From positions 69,132,001-69,196,000 of the forward strand of contig CM059432.1 in assembly GCA_030390025.1 (NCBI GenBank): DNA of 64,000 nt. Direction: 5' to 3'. Position 1 is the stretch's first letter; every line of letters begins with the position of its first letter. Below the pieces are notes generated by a model that was not told the DNA's origin, did no database searches, and saw nothing but the letters and a program-made list of their open reading frames with translations. Position numbers and translations under genes: made by a program. The DNA is from Squalus acanthias. Taxonomy: Eukaryota. Positions 24,608-37,168 of this stretch are shown piece by piece.

Positions 24608-26170
24608 GTCGCACAACACCAGGTTATAGTCCAACAGTTTTATTTGAAATCTTCACTTCACCTGACATAGAAACAGAAACATAGAGGAAAGGAGCAGGAG
24701 TAGGCCATTCGACCCTCTAGCCTGCTCCGCCATTCAATGCGATCATGGCTGATCATCCAAATTCAGAACCCTGTCCCTGCTTTCTCCCCATATCCCTTGA
24801 TCCCTTTAGCCTTAAGAAATATATCCAACTCCTTCTTGAATATATTTAATGAATTGGCCTCTACTGCCTTCTGTGGTAGAGAATTCCACAGGTTCACCAC
24901 TCTCTGGGTGAAGAAATTCCTCCTCATTTCTGTCCTAAATGGCTTACCCCTTATCCTTAGACTGTGACCCCTGGTTCTGGACTCCCCGACCATCGGGAAC
25001 ATCCTTCCTGCATCTAGTCTGTCCATTCCTTTCAGAATTTTATAAGTTTCAATGAGATCCCCTCTCATTCTTCTAAACTCCAGCGAGTATAAGCCCAATC
25101 GACCCAATCTCTCCTCATACGTCATTCCTGCCATCCCAGGTATCAGCCTGGTGAATCTTCGCTGAACTCCTTCCATGGCAAGAACCTCCTTCCTCAGATA
25201 AGGCGACCAAAACTGCACACAATACTCAAGATGTGGTCTCACTAAGGCCCTGTACAACTGCAGCAAGACATCCTTGTTCCTGTACTCAAACCCTCTCGCT
25301 ACGAAGGCCTTCTTAACCGTCTGCTGCACCTGCATGCTTACCTTCAGCGACTGGTGCACAAGGACACCCAGGTCTCGTTGCACTTCCCCTTCTCCCAATC
25401 TATTGCCATTCAGATAATAATCTGCCTTCCTGTTTTTGACACCAAAGTGGATAACCTCGCATTTATCCACGTTATATTGCATCTGCCATGCTTCTGCCCA
25501 GTCACCCAACCTGTCCAAATCATCCTGGAGTTTCTTGGCATCCTCCTCACAGCACACGCCCACCCAGCTTTGTGTCGTCTGCAAACTTGGAGATATTACA
25601 TCTAGTTCCCTTGTCTAGATCATTAATATATATTGTGAATAGCTGGGGTCCAAGGACTGATCCCTGCGGTACCCCACTAGTCACTGCTTGCAACTCGGAA
25701 AAAGACCCGTTTATTCCAACTCTTTGCTTTCTGTCTGCCAACCAGTTCTCTATCCAAGTCAATACCTTGCCCCCAATCCCATGTGCCTTAACTTTACATG
25801 CTAATCTCTTATGCGGGACCTTATCGAAAGCCTTTTGAAAGTCCAAATACACCACATCCACTGGTTCTCCCTTATCTATTTTACCAGTTACATCCTCAAA
25901 AAATTCCAGTAGATTAGTCAAGCACGATTTACCTTTTGTAAATCCATGTTGACTTTGTCCGATCCTGTCACTGTTTTCCAAGTGCTCTTCTATGACATCT
26001 TTTATAATGGACTCTAGCATTTTCCCCACTGCCGATGTCAGGCTTACCGGTCTGACGAAGGAGCAGCGCTCTGAAAGCTTGTGATTTCAAATAAAACTGT
26101 TGGACTATAACCTGGTGCTGTGCGACTTCTCACATTTGTCCACCCCAGTCCAACACCGGCATCTCCACAT
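24608..26170. mobile_element. Penelope family A palindromic mini-insertion split by a CR1
   Basis: TSD CATCATTTGAGATAA (24593-24607 / 26171-26185); pLTR arms at 24608-24666 and 26052-26170. Confidence 0.88.
24667..26051 (-). mobile_element. 5'-truncated CR1 LINE
   Basis: ORFs 25547-26029 ([24 protein letters not shown]) and 24763-25584; CTGAC on both flanks. Confidence 0.95.
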
Positions 26171-26329
26171 CATCATTTGAGATAATCTTCATAAAGGGGC
26201 AGATAATACAGTTCCTGAGACACAACCAAAGTGGCATGGGCATCCACCAGCCCCATGCTTTTTAAGTGCTCTCCTCCTGGGTCAGTGCTGGAGGGCACTG
26301 TTGTTGTTAGTGTCAAGATCATGGCCTGT

Positions 26330-26880
26330 GGAATTTTGAGACTATTAAAACTAAACTAAAACTTAAAAGGAAGTGTGCAACAAAACTAGGGCTAACAATA
26401 CCGAGGAAAATCATGAGGGATATAGAAAGTGTACTGGATTTGCGAAAAGTGAAATTAGAAAGGCTAAAAGGAAAATGAGATAAAGGTAGCAGATAATATA
26501 AAAGAAAATAGTACGGGCATTTAAAAGCATATATAAAGAAAAAGAATAGTTAGAGAGTGCAACCACTCAGGATTGAAGAGGGAAATCCAGTTGTGGAGGA
26601 TGACATTATGGTGGAGATATTAAATATTTTGCACCCGTTTTACAAATGATGGTGAAAGTGAGAAACAGATGTACCGGAGGAGAATATGGAATAATTTTTA
26701 GAGATAATTGATGAAAAGAAATTGATTCTGAAAAAAATAGTAGAACTCAAGATGGTAAGTCACTGGGCCCCGATGGGTATGCACCCTAGACTCTTGGAGA
26801 AAGTCAGAGTCAATAGCAGATACTGTAGTCACAACTTCTAAATACTCCTTAGATATGCAAATATTCTGAGGATAGCCACT
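26330..26880 (+). mobile_element. Heavily degraded CR1 ORF2 fragment
   Basis: A-rich KRE/KAK-type linker and AAGTCACTGGGCCCCGATGG (KS.GPDG). Confidence 0.6.
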
Positions 26881-27491
26881 GTCAATCAGCTAATCTCCCT
26901 TGACATTGTTTACAGTGTAGACTGTGGGATACCCTAAAATATTGGGGATGTGTCATTGGCAGTGAGGGCGTATATGTGTAAACGGGTCAAAGGTCACATA
27001 CAAAGGCTTAATAAGCAGAGAGGGGAATAATCCTGCATACATGAAGATCATAACAGCAACAACATTGACATGCCCAGAGTTAGCATGGTACTGAAAGGCA
27101 AGAAGAAGAATAGGAACTCCTGTTAAGTTTCCAGTTTCTAACGTAATCTGAGATAATGGAGGGAATTTTAAGCAGAGCTCGGAGAGGGCTGCATCCTCTG
27201 ACGCCAACTCTCCACAGCTGTCCCTGCCACCACTGTCAGCTCTTGCTCACTTGTGAACTGTGGGTCACCAGGTGAAAACCCAACTATCTGTCTAACTAGA
27301 TCCACCAAAGTATCTGCGCTGGTGCATGGTAAGAATGAGTCCTGTGATGCTGCACCCTCAGAAGGAATCAGCTCCTCTGAGGATATGTCTTCTGCAAGGT
27401 CCACCAATTGCTGCTGCATGCATGAAGGCCCTGGTGGAGAGAAAAGATATGAATTAGTACCAGCAAGGTTAGAGGTGCAAGTTATCATTAT

Positions 27492-28955
27492 AATGCAAAT
27501 ATAACCCCACTATTTAAAAAAGGAGGGAGAGAGAAAACGGGGAACTACAGACCGGTTAGCCTAACATCAGTAGTAGGGAAAATGCTAGAGTCTATTATAA
27601 AGGATGTGATAACAGGACACTTAGAAAATATCAACGGGATTAGACAAAGTCAACATGGATTTATGACAGGGAAATCGTGTTTGACAAACCTACTGGAGTT
27701 TTTTGAGGATGTAACTGGTTGAATAGATAAGGGAGAACCAGTGGATGTGGTGTATTTGGATTTGCAGAAGGTCTTTGATAAAGTCCCACATAAGAGGTTA
27801 GTGTGCAAAATTAAAGCACATGGGATTGGGGGTAATATACTGGCATGGATTGACAATTGGTTAACAGACAGGAAACAGAGAGTAGGAATAAATGGGTCTT
27901 TTTCGAGGTGGCAGGCGGTGACTAGTGGGGTACCGCAGGGATCAGTGCTTGGGCCCCAGCTATTCACAATATATATCAATGATTTGGATGAGGGAACCAA
28001 ATGTAATATTTCCAAGTTTGCTGATGACACGAAACTAGGTGGGATTGTGAGTTGGGAGGAGGATGCAAAGAAGCTTCAAGGCGATTTAGACAAGTTGAGT
28101 GAGTGGGCAAATACATGGCAGATGCAGTATAACGTGGATAAATGTGAAGTTATCCACTTCGGTAGGAAAAACAGAAAGGCAGAGTATTATTTAAATGGTG
28201 ATAGATTGGGAAATGTTGATGTACGAAGGGACCTGGGTGTCCTTGTACACCAGTCACTGCAAGCAAACATGCAGGTGCAGCAAGCAGTTAGGAAGGCAAA
28301 TGGTATGTTGGCCTTCATTGCAAGAGGATTTGAGTACAGGAGCAAGGATGTCTTACTACAGTTATACAGGGCCTTGGTAAGACCACACCTGGAGTACTGT
28401 GTGCAGTTTTGGTCTCCTTACCTAAGAAAGGATATACTTGCCATAGAGGGAGTGCAGCGAAGGTTCACCAGACTGATTCCTGGGATGGCAGGACTGTCGT
28501 ATGAGGAGAGATTGGGTCGACTAGGCCTGTATTCACTCAAGTTTAGAAGAATGAGAGGGGATCTCATTGAAAAGTATAAAATTCTGACAGGGCTAGACAG
28601 ACTGGATGCAAGGAGGATGTTTCTCCTGGCTGGGGAGTCTAGAACGAGGGGTCACAGTCTCAGGATACAGGGTAGGACATTTAGGACTGAGATGAGGAGA
28701 AAATTGTTCACTCAGAGGGTGGTGAACCTGTGGAATTCTCTACCACAAAAGGCTGTGGAGGCCAAGTCACTGAATATATTTAAGAAGGAGATAGATAGAT
28801 TTCTAGACACAAAAGGTATCAAGGGGTATGGGGAGAGAGCGGGAATATGGTATTGAGATAGAGGATCAGCCATGATCATATTGAATGGCGGAGCAGGCTC
28901 GAAGGGCCGAATGGCCTACTCCTGCTCCAATTTTTCTATGTTTCTATGTTTGTAT
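27492..28955 (+). mobile_element. Young 5'-truncated CR1 LINE
   Basis: RT region open for 371 codons; one upstream in-frame TGA at ~27720; (TTTCTATG)n tail. Confidence 0.95.
27741..28856 (+). pseudogene. CR1 ORF2 reverse transcriptase, C-terminal part
   Basis: [36 protein letters not shown]; no endonuclease domain or promoter. Confidence 0.9.
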
Positions 28956-29529
28956 GAAGATGATCCTATTTCACTCGCTGCTGAAATCAAGTCAACATGA
29001 CTGAGTGTTGTATGACATCTGGGTTGCTGATATTTAATTCTATCACCAGGTAGCTAGGAGGTCCCAATCTATCCATCGCCGATGATCAGGAACACCAAAA
29101 CACCACTGATCAGCGCTTCCTCCTCTGCAGCTGTTAACTGTGAAATCTGTGGAGGACCACCTCTGGTTCTCTCCTTCTCCCTACTGTTTCGCACTCTCTT
29201 CTCCTACAACAATGGAAAGCACAGACCTATGAGTGACTGTAATGGCATGTGTTCACCCGATGGATGCAGTGCATTTGGTGCGGTTGACTATCAGAGCGAG
29301 GCATCAAATTGCATAAGGATCAGGATGAGTGGATAGATGGGGATGTGAGGAAGTGCATAGAAAGAGAACGATGAGTGCACTTGCAAGGTAAGTGGGTGTG
29401 AGGAGTAATGTGATGGAGTCAGCTTGGCATGACAAAGTGAGGGTGTTGATGCGCACAACAGGATGTAGGTGTATGTGCAACTGTACTCACCTATCCTGAT
29501 ATGGTTAGGTCATCCTTCATTCTGCCAGC

Positions 29530-29870
29530 GCAATTCACACTTCATCTAGAGCCATCCTTTGTTCCTCAACCTGTCCCATTTCCACCTCCTCTTGCCTTGA
29601 ATATCTCTTAATGTCTCTTAATCTCTCCTGCTTTCTATCCTATCACTGACCTTTCCTTTTGTTCTTTCATCCCCTCCCCCTTTTCCCAGTCCTAAACTTG
29701 CTTTAAAATCTATTTCATTTCCTGCTTTTTTCCAGTTCTGACTAAAGGTCTTCAACCTGAAACGTTAACTCTGTTTCTCTCTCCACGGATGCTGCCTGGC
29801 CTGCTGAGTTTTTCCAGCGTTTTCTGTTGTTATTTCGGATTTCCAACATCCGCAGTATTTTGCTATTGTA
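29530..29870 (+). mobile_element. Penelope family B 3' UTR and pLTR, hammerhead mutated
   Basis: Aligns with 23990-24302; AGTT-CTGACTA-AAGGTC..ACCT-GAAACGTT-AACT at 29734-29770. Confidence 0.85.
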
Positions 29871-30619
29871 AGAGTATCTCTCTCTGACTCCGAATTGCAC
29901 CCAGCAATACATCAAGCAATACATCGTTAAATCAAGGCACAGATCTTGACCATCCTGAATCCATCATGAAACTTCTCCCCCTCTTTGTTCAAACTCCTAA
30001 CTTCTCCAAATTCCATCTTTGGATTGGCCCCAGCTGAGATCGCATCATGCAGGTCCACACCATGCCCGCTGTCGTGCATTCGATGCCAAACCTGGAAGTA
30101 ATATTGTCATGAGGTGACTCTTAAAATACTGCAGACAGACGCACTGAAACTTCTTCCGGGTTTCCCACGCGATATCGCACCCCCACCACTCCAATCGCAC
30201 TTCAGTGTTATTGGGGCCAATGACTTGATGAGTTTTTATCTGATATAAATGATTTTAATGACATATGTACAAAAACCTCACTTACATTTTGTAGAGAGTT
30301 AATATCAATGTGTGGACACCAGTCCAAAATCATTTTCAGTATGTTTCACTACGTTAGAGTTGTTGTTGCTGTTTAATGTGTTAATTATTATTCTTTCGAC
30401 AAGTCACTGAAGTCACAGATAATGGGAGCCGGGGCTGAAAGTTCCAAACTTTGATATCTGGTAAGCCTGGCCCGGCTCCTTCCCTCACTCTGGCTGCTTT
30501 CTTATTCTGTCTTCCCATTTGAAGCCGCATTCATGGGGTTTCTTCCAATCATGCCACCTCCTGCCACCACCACATGATGTGCTCGCTTTGCACTTTACAC
30601 CTCTTTCTAACATTTTGAA

Positions 30620-30780
30620 AATGAGAAGTCGCACAACACCAGCTTATAGTCCAACAGATTTATTTAAAATTACAAGCTTTCGGAGCTGGTAATTTTAAAT
30701 AAATCTGTTGGACTATAACCTGGTGTTGTGCGACTTCTCATTTTTGTCCACCCCAGTCCAACGCCGGCATCTCCGCATCA
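30620..30780. mobile_element. Penelope family A 161-bp palindromic mini-insertion
   Basis: 12-bp TSD TAACATTTTGAA (30608-30619 / 30781-30792); inverted pLTR ends; no complete ribozyme core. Confidence 0.92.
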
Positions 30781-31917
30781 TAACATTTTGAAGTCAGTTG
30801 ATTATCAAATTCATGAACTGCCTCTTTCTGAAAGTAGATTTGAACTCTTCACCTCTACCTGCTGTTTTCCTCTCCCCTCTTTGTTTCTTGGGCATGTTCT
30901 GACTTGTCCCTGTAGTCCTATAGAAGGGGCTTCTCCTGTATGACCAGCCAATTCTAATGAAGCGCCACACCCTAAACATTAACTTTTTTTCTGTTCCAGA
31001 TTCTTATTGACCTGTTGTGCATTTTCTACATGTTCTATATATTTTTTTTTAATTTTCCAGTGTTTGAAAGACCAAGTTTAAAAATAAATTGCCAGTTACT
31101 AGAACTGATTCGTGAATTGAGTACTCCAAAATTACCTCAAGTTAAGGAGCAGAGCTCGCAGGATGGGCTGTTTGGGAAATCGTGGGCATGTAGACCATGG
31201 TTTTACATCCAGTTAAGTTAATGTATTGAAAAACAGGGGCTGTGGGCCTGCGATTTCCCAATCAACCATTCCGTCTTAATGCTGCACAGTCACATGACAC
31301 TTGCATTCAGGCAGTGAAGTACCTAAAGTAAAATGACTAGCATATGTTCGTGATCTGACAGTGATTTTGCCTCCCAATCACTTTACAGTGTAGTATTGAT
31401 CTAACAGACACTGATTTTGTGGTCTGTTTGATTTGTACCATTCAAAATCATTTTGAACAACTGGCAGAATAAAAAGAAAGTGGACAATTCAGAGCGAGGA
31501 TCTGGTTACTGCAAGAGTATCTTACTGATCATTTCAGCTATTCAACTCAGGGCTGAAGCAGCAGGTGATTGACATCAGAGGTAGAAACCACAAAACCTGA
31601 GCAACTCCACTAAAATGACCGCGTGCTGCATTGTGACTGGCTCACGATTACATCATGGAGTACAATCGGCTATCTCCACTGTTTGCTTATGACGTTCTGC
31701 TGATATCTCCAATGGCCTTGGTCACACTCCCTCTCGAACTCCAGCTGATACAAGACGGCAAACATTAACAAAATCAGTCTTCAGCTGGAACTTGTCATTT
31801 CATCTACAGTACAGTAATCCGAATAAATTACTGTAAGTGTCACAGTTCGTGCAGGACTGTCAAGAGCACCGTGCTGGCCATGGGATCTTGTACACTCAGC
31901 CCCCACTTCTCTTTTTA

Positions 31918-32056
31918 GTCATAGAATCATACAGCACAGAAGGAGGCCATTTGGCCCGCTGTGCCTGTGCCAGTTCTTTGAAAGAGCTCTCCAATTTAGT
32001 CCCACGCCCCTGCTTTTTCCCCATAACCCTGCAAATTAGTCCTCTTCAAGTACATG
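31918..32056 (-). mobile_element. CR1 3' UTR fragment
   Basis: CATAGAATCATACAGCACAGAAGGAGGCCATT matches the tails at 8171, 22024 and 62855. Confidence 0.8.
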
Positions 32057-32556
32057 TCAGTAAGATATTTACTCCAGAGTGAATAAACGTTACGTTTTAT
32101 ACTTGTTCCCCTTTCCAAATGTTGAGTTGCCATTTCACGATAGTTACAAGGCATTTCGAGGTAACTATTACGAGTTCACACTCACCATGTGGTGCTTCAC
32201 TCAACAGAAAACCAAAGCAGACAATCAGATGTGGAGATCAGTGTGCCTGATTCACAGCTGTCTCAATTTTCAGATATTAATATTAATAACTTGAAAATCC
32301 CTGAGGTGGGGTCATTAACACAGTTGTGGCAGGGCCTGAAATCAGGTACACTGACCTCGGTGCCTTATTATCCAATCTTCCTTCCTGTCAAGTGAGACTA
32401 CACGCGAGCTTGTAAAATTTACCCCTTTATCTGCTGGTTATCCTGATTCTAGCTATAATACACAGAAGCTATGGCAATCCCCTGGATCAGCCAGTGCAGT
32501 CACACGGTAGAATATCGCTACTTGTATACAAGAGTACTGGGGTCAATTTTTACTCC

Positions 32557-33090
32557 CGGGTGACAACACAGCAAAGTGAGCCACGGGCCTATCCCGGAGC
32601 GGCAGTAGGAGGCTTGTCTGATTTTAATGGCAAGCCACTTCCCGATCGAAGAGGCCCTGAAACTGGTGGGAAGCTGCTGCCCGGCCATTAAAATCATGCG
32701 ACTTGGATGCCCAAGGTAAGTGTTCAGGAGGGCTCCAGGTGGAAAATCCACATCGGGAAAGTGGGGAGGCCCAAGGTTTCCTTGTGGGGCTCAGGAAACT
32801 GGATCACTTCTGGCTTTGGTTGCTGTTTACCAGCAGGTTTTGCCTGGCGGGGAAGCCACCGTTGCTCCCCTGCTCAGGCCTCAGGTTAAAATAGCAGATC
32901 AGGCCTTGATGATGTCATCGGAGCTCGATCTGCATATTTAAAAAGGACTCTGCCAGCTTAGGGCGGGTGTACTTGCCGCCTTCAATTTAAAATTGCACTT
33001 GGCCAGATCAGGGCAGGAAAAGAGTGGGCAAGCCCAGTTCCATTTTAGCTGCCCCTGGCCAATATCTGCCAGGCGGTAGGAGTTAAAATT
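32557..33090. mobile_element. Harbinger-type MITE
   Basis: GGGGTCAATTTTTACTCC left end and GGAGTTAAAATT right end; internal CCAAGGTAAG / TGCATATTTAAA motifs shared with other MITEs here. Confidence 0.55.
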
Positions 33091-34398
33091 CCAAAGTTGC
33101 GTGGTACAATATTATGTGTGAGGTCATCTGTTACGTTATCACTGCTTGCGAAGTCACATGATTCAATTGCAGAAATCTTTACCCCTGTTGCTGTCAAATG
33201 AACATATGAAAAAGGACAGGAAAATAACAGCTGGCCAATTGAGCCTGTACCATCCAGGAATTGCCCAACTTTCACATACCATCACCCCCATTGCCCACTA
33301 TGTAACCTCCAGTGGCAGAAAAAGCAAATGCCAAAATAGTAAGTGTAAAACTGTAAGAAATGATTGCATTCCTATGAACTGCACTGCGTAGAATAACAGG
33401 TTTTGGTGTGCGCTCCAAAGCAGGAACACATCTAAGGGTTGAGATAATGCTAATAAGCTCCTGAAAATTTGCTCTTTTGCTTCATGGTATAACTTGACCT
33501 TCTGGGAGTGTCACTGGCTCGTCATACACTGCAAACTGTGTGCTATCCTACACATGCTGCCTTCTTTCTTGAGCCTCATACACTGACCTACAAATGTTCA
33601 CCTGATCGAAGTTATAGTCAATCCTCAGTAACCCTTTCACTGGTAAAAAATATGCTTTGGACTGAACAACCTGCACTTCAATCAACTGTAAACTCGATTC
33701 CCATCTGTGCAGTTAGCGTTACTTTTGAACAATTGTGGAATTTTATGAATTATATAAATGTACTTCAGTAATTTCAAAAAAATTAACACCACGGAAACTT
33801 TGGATGACAGGATTTGTTACTCTAATGCTGGAATAAACATTAATATTACAGTAATAAAGATACTGAAACATGGGGAATATCTTTATTGCAGGATAATTAA
33901 CTCTAAGCTGCTATAATAAACACTAAAAATACGATTTTGAATTAAAAAAATTAAACACTTTACCAGTTCACCCTGTTGTTCAGTTTCCTTCTCTGCTATT
34001 CTACCCTAATATCTTGCTCTCAGTTGTTGTTTATTTTCAGATTCTTTCCTATTCTAATCTTTTTCCTCTATCTTTTAAAAGTTAAAAAGTTAACTTATAT
34101 TTCTTCGGCTGCCCCTTCCCCTCCACTAGTACTGTCCGTTTTGAAGGTGAATCAGCATTTTTTTAAACAAAAGTTTCCTTTGGCTGAAGATCAATTAAAA
34201 AGGCCAAATTTCTAGTCAATGACAACTCTACTTTGAATGACACATTTTGAATGCTGTGGACAAGTTTATTCACATTGAGGCATCAGTGCAACATGAATAA
34301 ACCTGTCCACAACATTCAAAAGATTAAAAAAAGTCTGCAATTACAGACAAAAATAAGACTAAGAGGTAACAACCCAAATATATGTTCATCCCAAATAT

Positions 34399-34922
34399 AT
34401 GGTCATCCAAAACTCGGCTGCCCGTGTCCTAACTCGCACCAAGTCCCGTTCGCCCATCTCCCCTGTGCTCGCTGACCTACATTGGCTCCCAGTTAAGCAG
34501 CGCCTCGATTTCAAAATTCTCATCCTTGTTTTCAAATCCCTCCAAGGCCTCGCCCCTTCCTATCTCTGTAATTTCCTTCAGCCCCACAACCCCCCGAGAT
34601 ATCTGCGCTCCTCTAATTCTGCCCTCTTGAGGATCCCTGATTATAATCGCTCAACCTTTGGTGGCCGTGCCTTCTGTTGCCTAGGCCCTAAGCACTGGAA
34701 TTCCCTGCCTAAACCTGTCTGCCTTGCTACCTCTCTTTCCTCCTTTAAGATGCTCCTTAAAACCTACCTCTTTGATCAAGCTTTTGGTCACCTGCCCTAA
34801 TTTCTCCTTATGTGGATCGGTGTCAAATTTTTTGTCTTAAAATACTCCTGTGCAGCGCCTTGGGACGTTTTACTATGTTAAAGGCGCTATATAAATACAA
34901 GTTGTTATTGTTGTTGTTGTTG
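34399..34922 (+). mobile_element. L2 LINE 3' end
   Basis: QNSAARVL..ISPVLADLHWLPV..FKILIL..GGRAF..WNSLP; (GTT)n tail. Confidence 0.93.
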
Positions 34923-36229
34923 ATGCCATTGCACAACATCTGCATTATCAGAACGAGCAGATTGAGAGCTACCCTGCAACCAGTTTGTAATAGCTGAACT
35001 TAGACTCAATGGGGAAGTCAATGGAAAGGAAAATCAGGCGGGGTGTATAATGGGAGGCCGATCTGATACCGGTGGTTTTTCACCCTGCTGAAGTTGAAAG
35101 TTACCTCCAATGTTGCTTGTGTTGTAGGAACATGTGGAGTGAAATTGATCTATTGCCAGTAGTATGAAACAGGCTGATGGCGAATCGGCAGCCCCTTTTA
35201 CACCCTGTCTGATTTTCTTTTCCATTGAAACAGGCTGCTGATTCACTATCGTAGACCAATTTCACCCCCATGATATCAGAAATTATCATTCGGTTAATCA
35301 AGCCTGCTCCTTCCACACACATTGTATAAAAATCCTCCCTATGCAGACTCCACCACACTCGTTTAATTTCCTGATGGAAAGTCCTGCATAAAAACTCCGC
35401 AATCCTAAATAGTAATCAAATTATCTGGTTTCTGTTTGGCAAGAAATGACAAATTTAAATGACTTGCTACAGGAAGCCCACCAGTGGTTATCTTCCACTG
35501 ATCATAAACCAATATCGTTGACTGGAAACTCTTATCCATAACCTTTTCAAATGAAAATCTCATACAGCATATCTCGTATTAGGCTCCCAATGGTGTTTTA
35601 TCATACTTTGTACATGCTGTTACCTTTCTGTTATGAGTAGGTCCAAGCAGCAATTGGAAACATCCATTTATTTCATTGAATCATTAAGTGGTTACTTTAA
35701 AGAGTAAACGTCGTCATAAGGGTCCCTTTTTAAAAATCTTTTCTTACAAAGAATCATAATTGATTTTAATATCTTATTTTTCTATTTCTGCTAATTTTGT
35801 AAAAAAATATTTTTGTTTAAATAGTGAGTGTTGATGACAAAAGTAGGGAGCTAGCGCGAAAAGGAGCTGAGCATGATAGTGTAAAAAAGCTAACTTAACC
35901 TGCGCATTGATTCCATTCCATCAATAACATTATCAATGAGTCAGCCCAGGTTAATAATTATACTTCTGCAGGTATGAATTCAGATCTCTCACATATAACG
36001 GACGCAATTACCACTTCCTGATGATGCCATCTGGCTCCATGCTTCAACAAAAATAATCAACAGGAAGATGAGGCAAAGAAAAGGATGTTAAAACGGAACA
36101 TAATTCTCAGTCATGGCTTGATTTTTAGAGGGGGTGGTCTAAGGGTGTTGCTGAGCACATGAGCTCCACTACACTTAGTTATGATGGAGTGGGATATAGT
36201 GTGACTACTATAATTCCCACACCTTCCAG

Positions 36230-36612
36230 TCTTCTTCTTTCTTTCGTATGGTAGTAGCAAAGCAAATCAGATGTCAATATCTAATTCAGATATCCAGGCC
36301 AAAGCTTCCGGTGTAACTGTGTGGCTATCTTGTAGGCTGCCTGCGAATTTCCTCTGAGGGCAGTGCTCAATAATGTGCTCCAGGGTCCGATCAGGAGCTC
36401 CACAGTCACATGATGGGGATGCTTTAATCTTCCATCTATGGAGAAGGTGGCAGCATCTACCATGACCGGTTCTGAGACGGTTGATGTTTGTCCACTGTTT
36501 GCGAGGAAGGTTTGATCCTTCAGGTTGTACTGTGGGGTCCTCTATAAGGAATCCATTCCGTATGTCACAGTTCTTCCAAGCATTTCACCATCGGTCATCA
36601 AGGTTATGGGGA
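36230..36612 (-). mobile_element. Vingi/Ingi-clade LINE 3' end
   Basis: Hand translation ..LPRKQWTNINRLRTGHGRCCHLLHRWKIKASPSCDCGAPDRTLEHIIEHCP..ALAWISELDIDI* (CCHC finger); very short UTR ending CATACGAAAGAAAGAAGAAG. Confidence 0.82.
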
Positions 36613-36829
36613 AAAAATTTTGGTGCAGTTATTTGGCACATACTGGTTTTTCACTGGTTCAATTTTAACAGCAGTGCAAGCCAGCAGCTCCACTTTGTTA
36701 CACTCTCAAGTGAAGTGTCCAACGTCTAAATGCTGATTGCATTTTTAAGTTTGGAAAAGAGCCAACTGTCCTGTCAGCTCTTTACTAACATTAAAACTTT
36801 AAAGGAGGTCCAGCAGCCTGCCTGGGTGT

Positions 36830-37157
36830 TTTTTTCCCCTCTTCCTTCTGCCACTTTTCTCTCCTGCAATCCTCCCCACTGAAGATGTTGACTCCTTGCT
36901 GATGTATAGCTCCATGGGCAGCAGTTAGCTTCTGGTACCTTGACAGTGAGCAGGATATTTGACTATGGGAGAAGGTCGGGGGGTAAGGGGGTTGTGGGGG
37001 GGGCGGTGGTGACAGCACAGTCAAGCCCAAAATCTGTCCTCAATTGATGTCCGTGCACACACTTCCCACAAGAGCCTAGATGATGATCAGGAGCAGGATA
37101 CGAGACAATCTTTCTCCTCTCGAGCCCAGGAGTGCTGATGCCACTTCTACTGCCCCT
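36830..37157 (-). mobile_element. Old SINE (AmnSINE2-like, tentative)
   Basis: TCTCCTG..CTGAAG..GACTCCTTGCTG, ATCTGTCCTCA..GCACACACTTCC and GATCAGGAGCAGGA match the other copies. Confidence 0.55.
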
Positions 37158-37168
37158 ACAATTACTCT

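Larger units (their letters stand above)
27160..30218 (-). mobile_element. Degraded Harbinger derivative (Myb remnants) hosting later CR1 and Penelope insertions
   Basis: GAGGGAATTTT left end; Myb-like exon remnants 27180-27440; Myb exon-1-like end followed by a GTGAGT donor at ~29485-29520 (-). Confidence 0.55.

Noticed and set aside
27741..28856. Functional reverse transcriptase gene
   Set aside because: 5'-truncated CR1 with an upstream stop and no endonuclease or promoter
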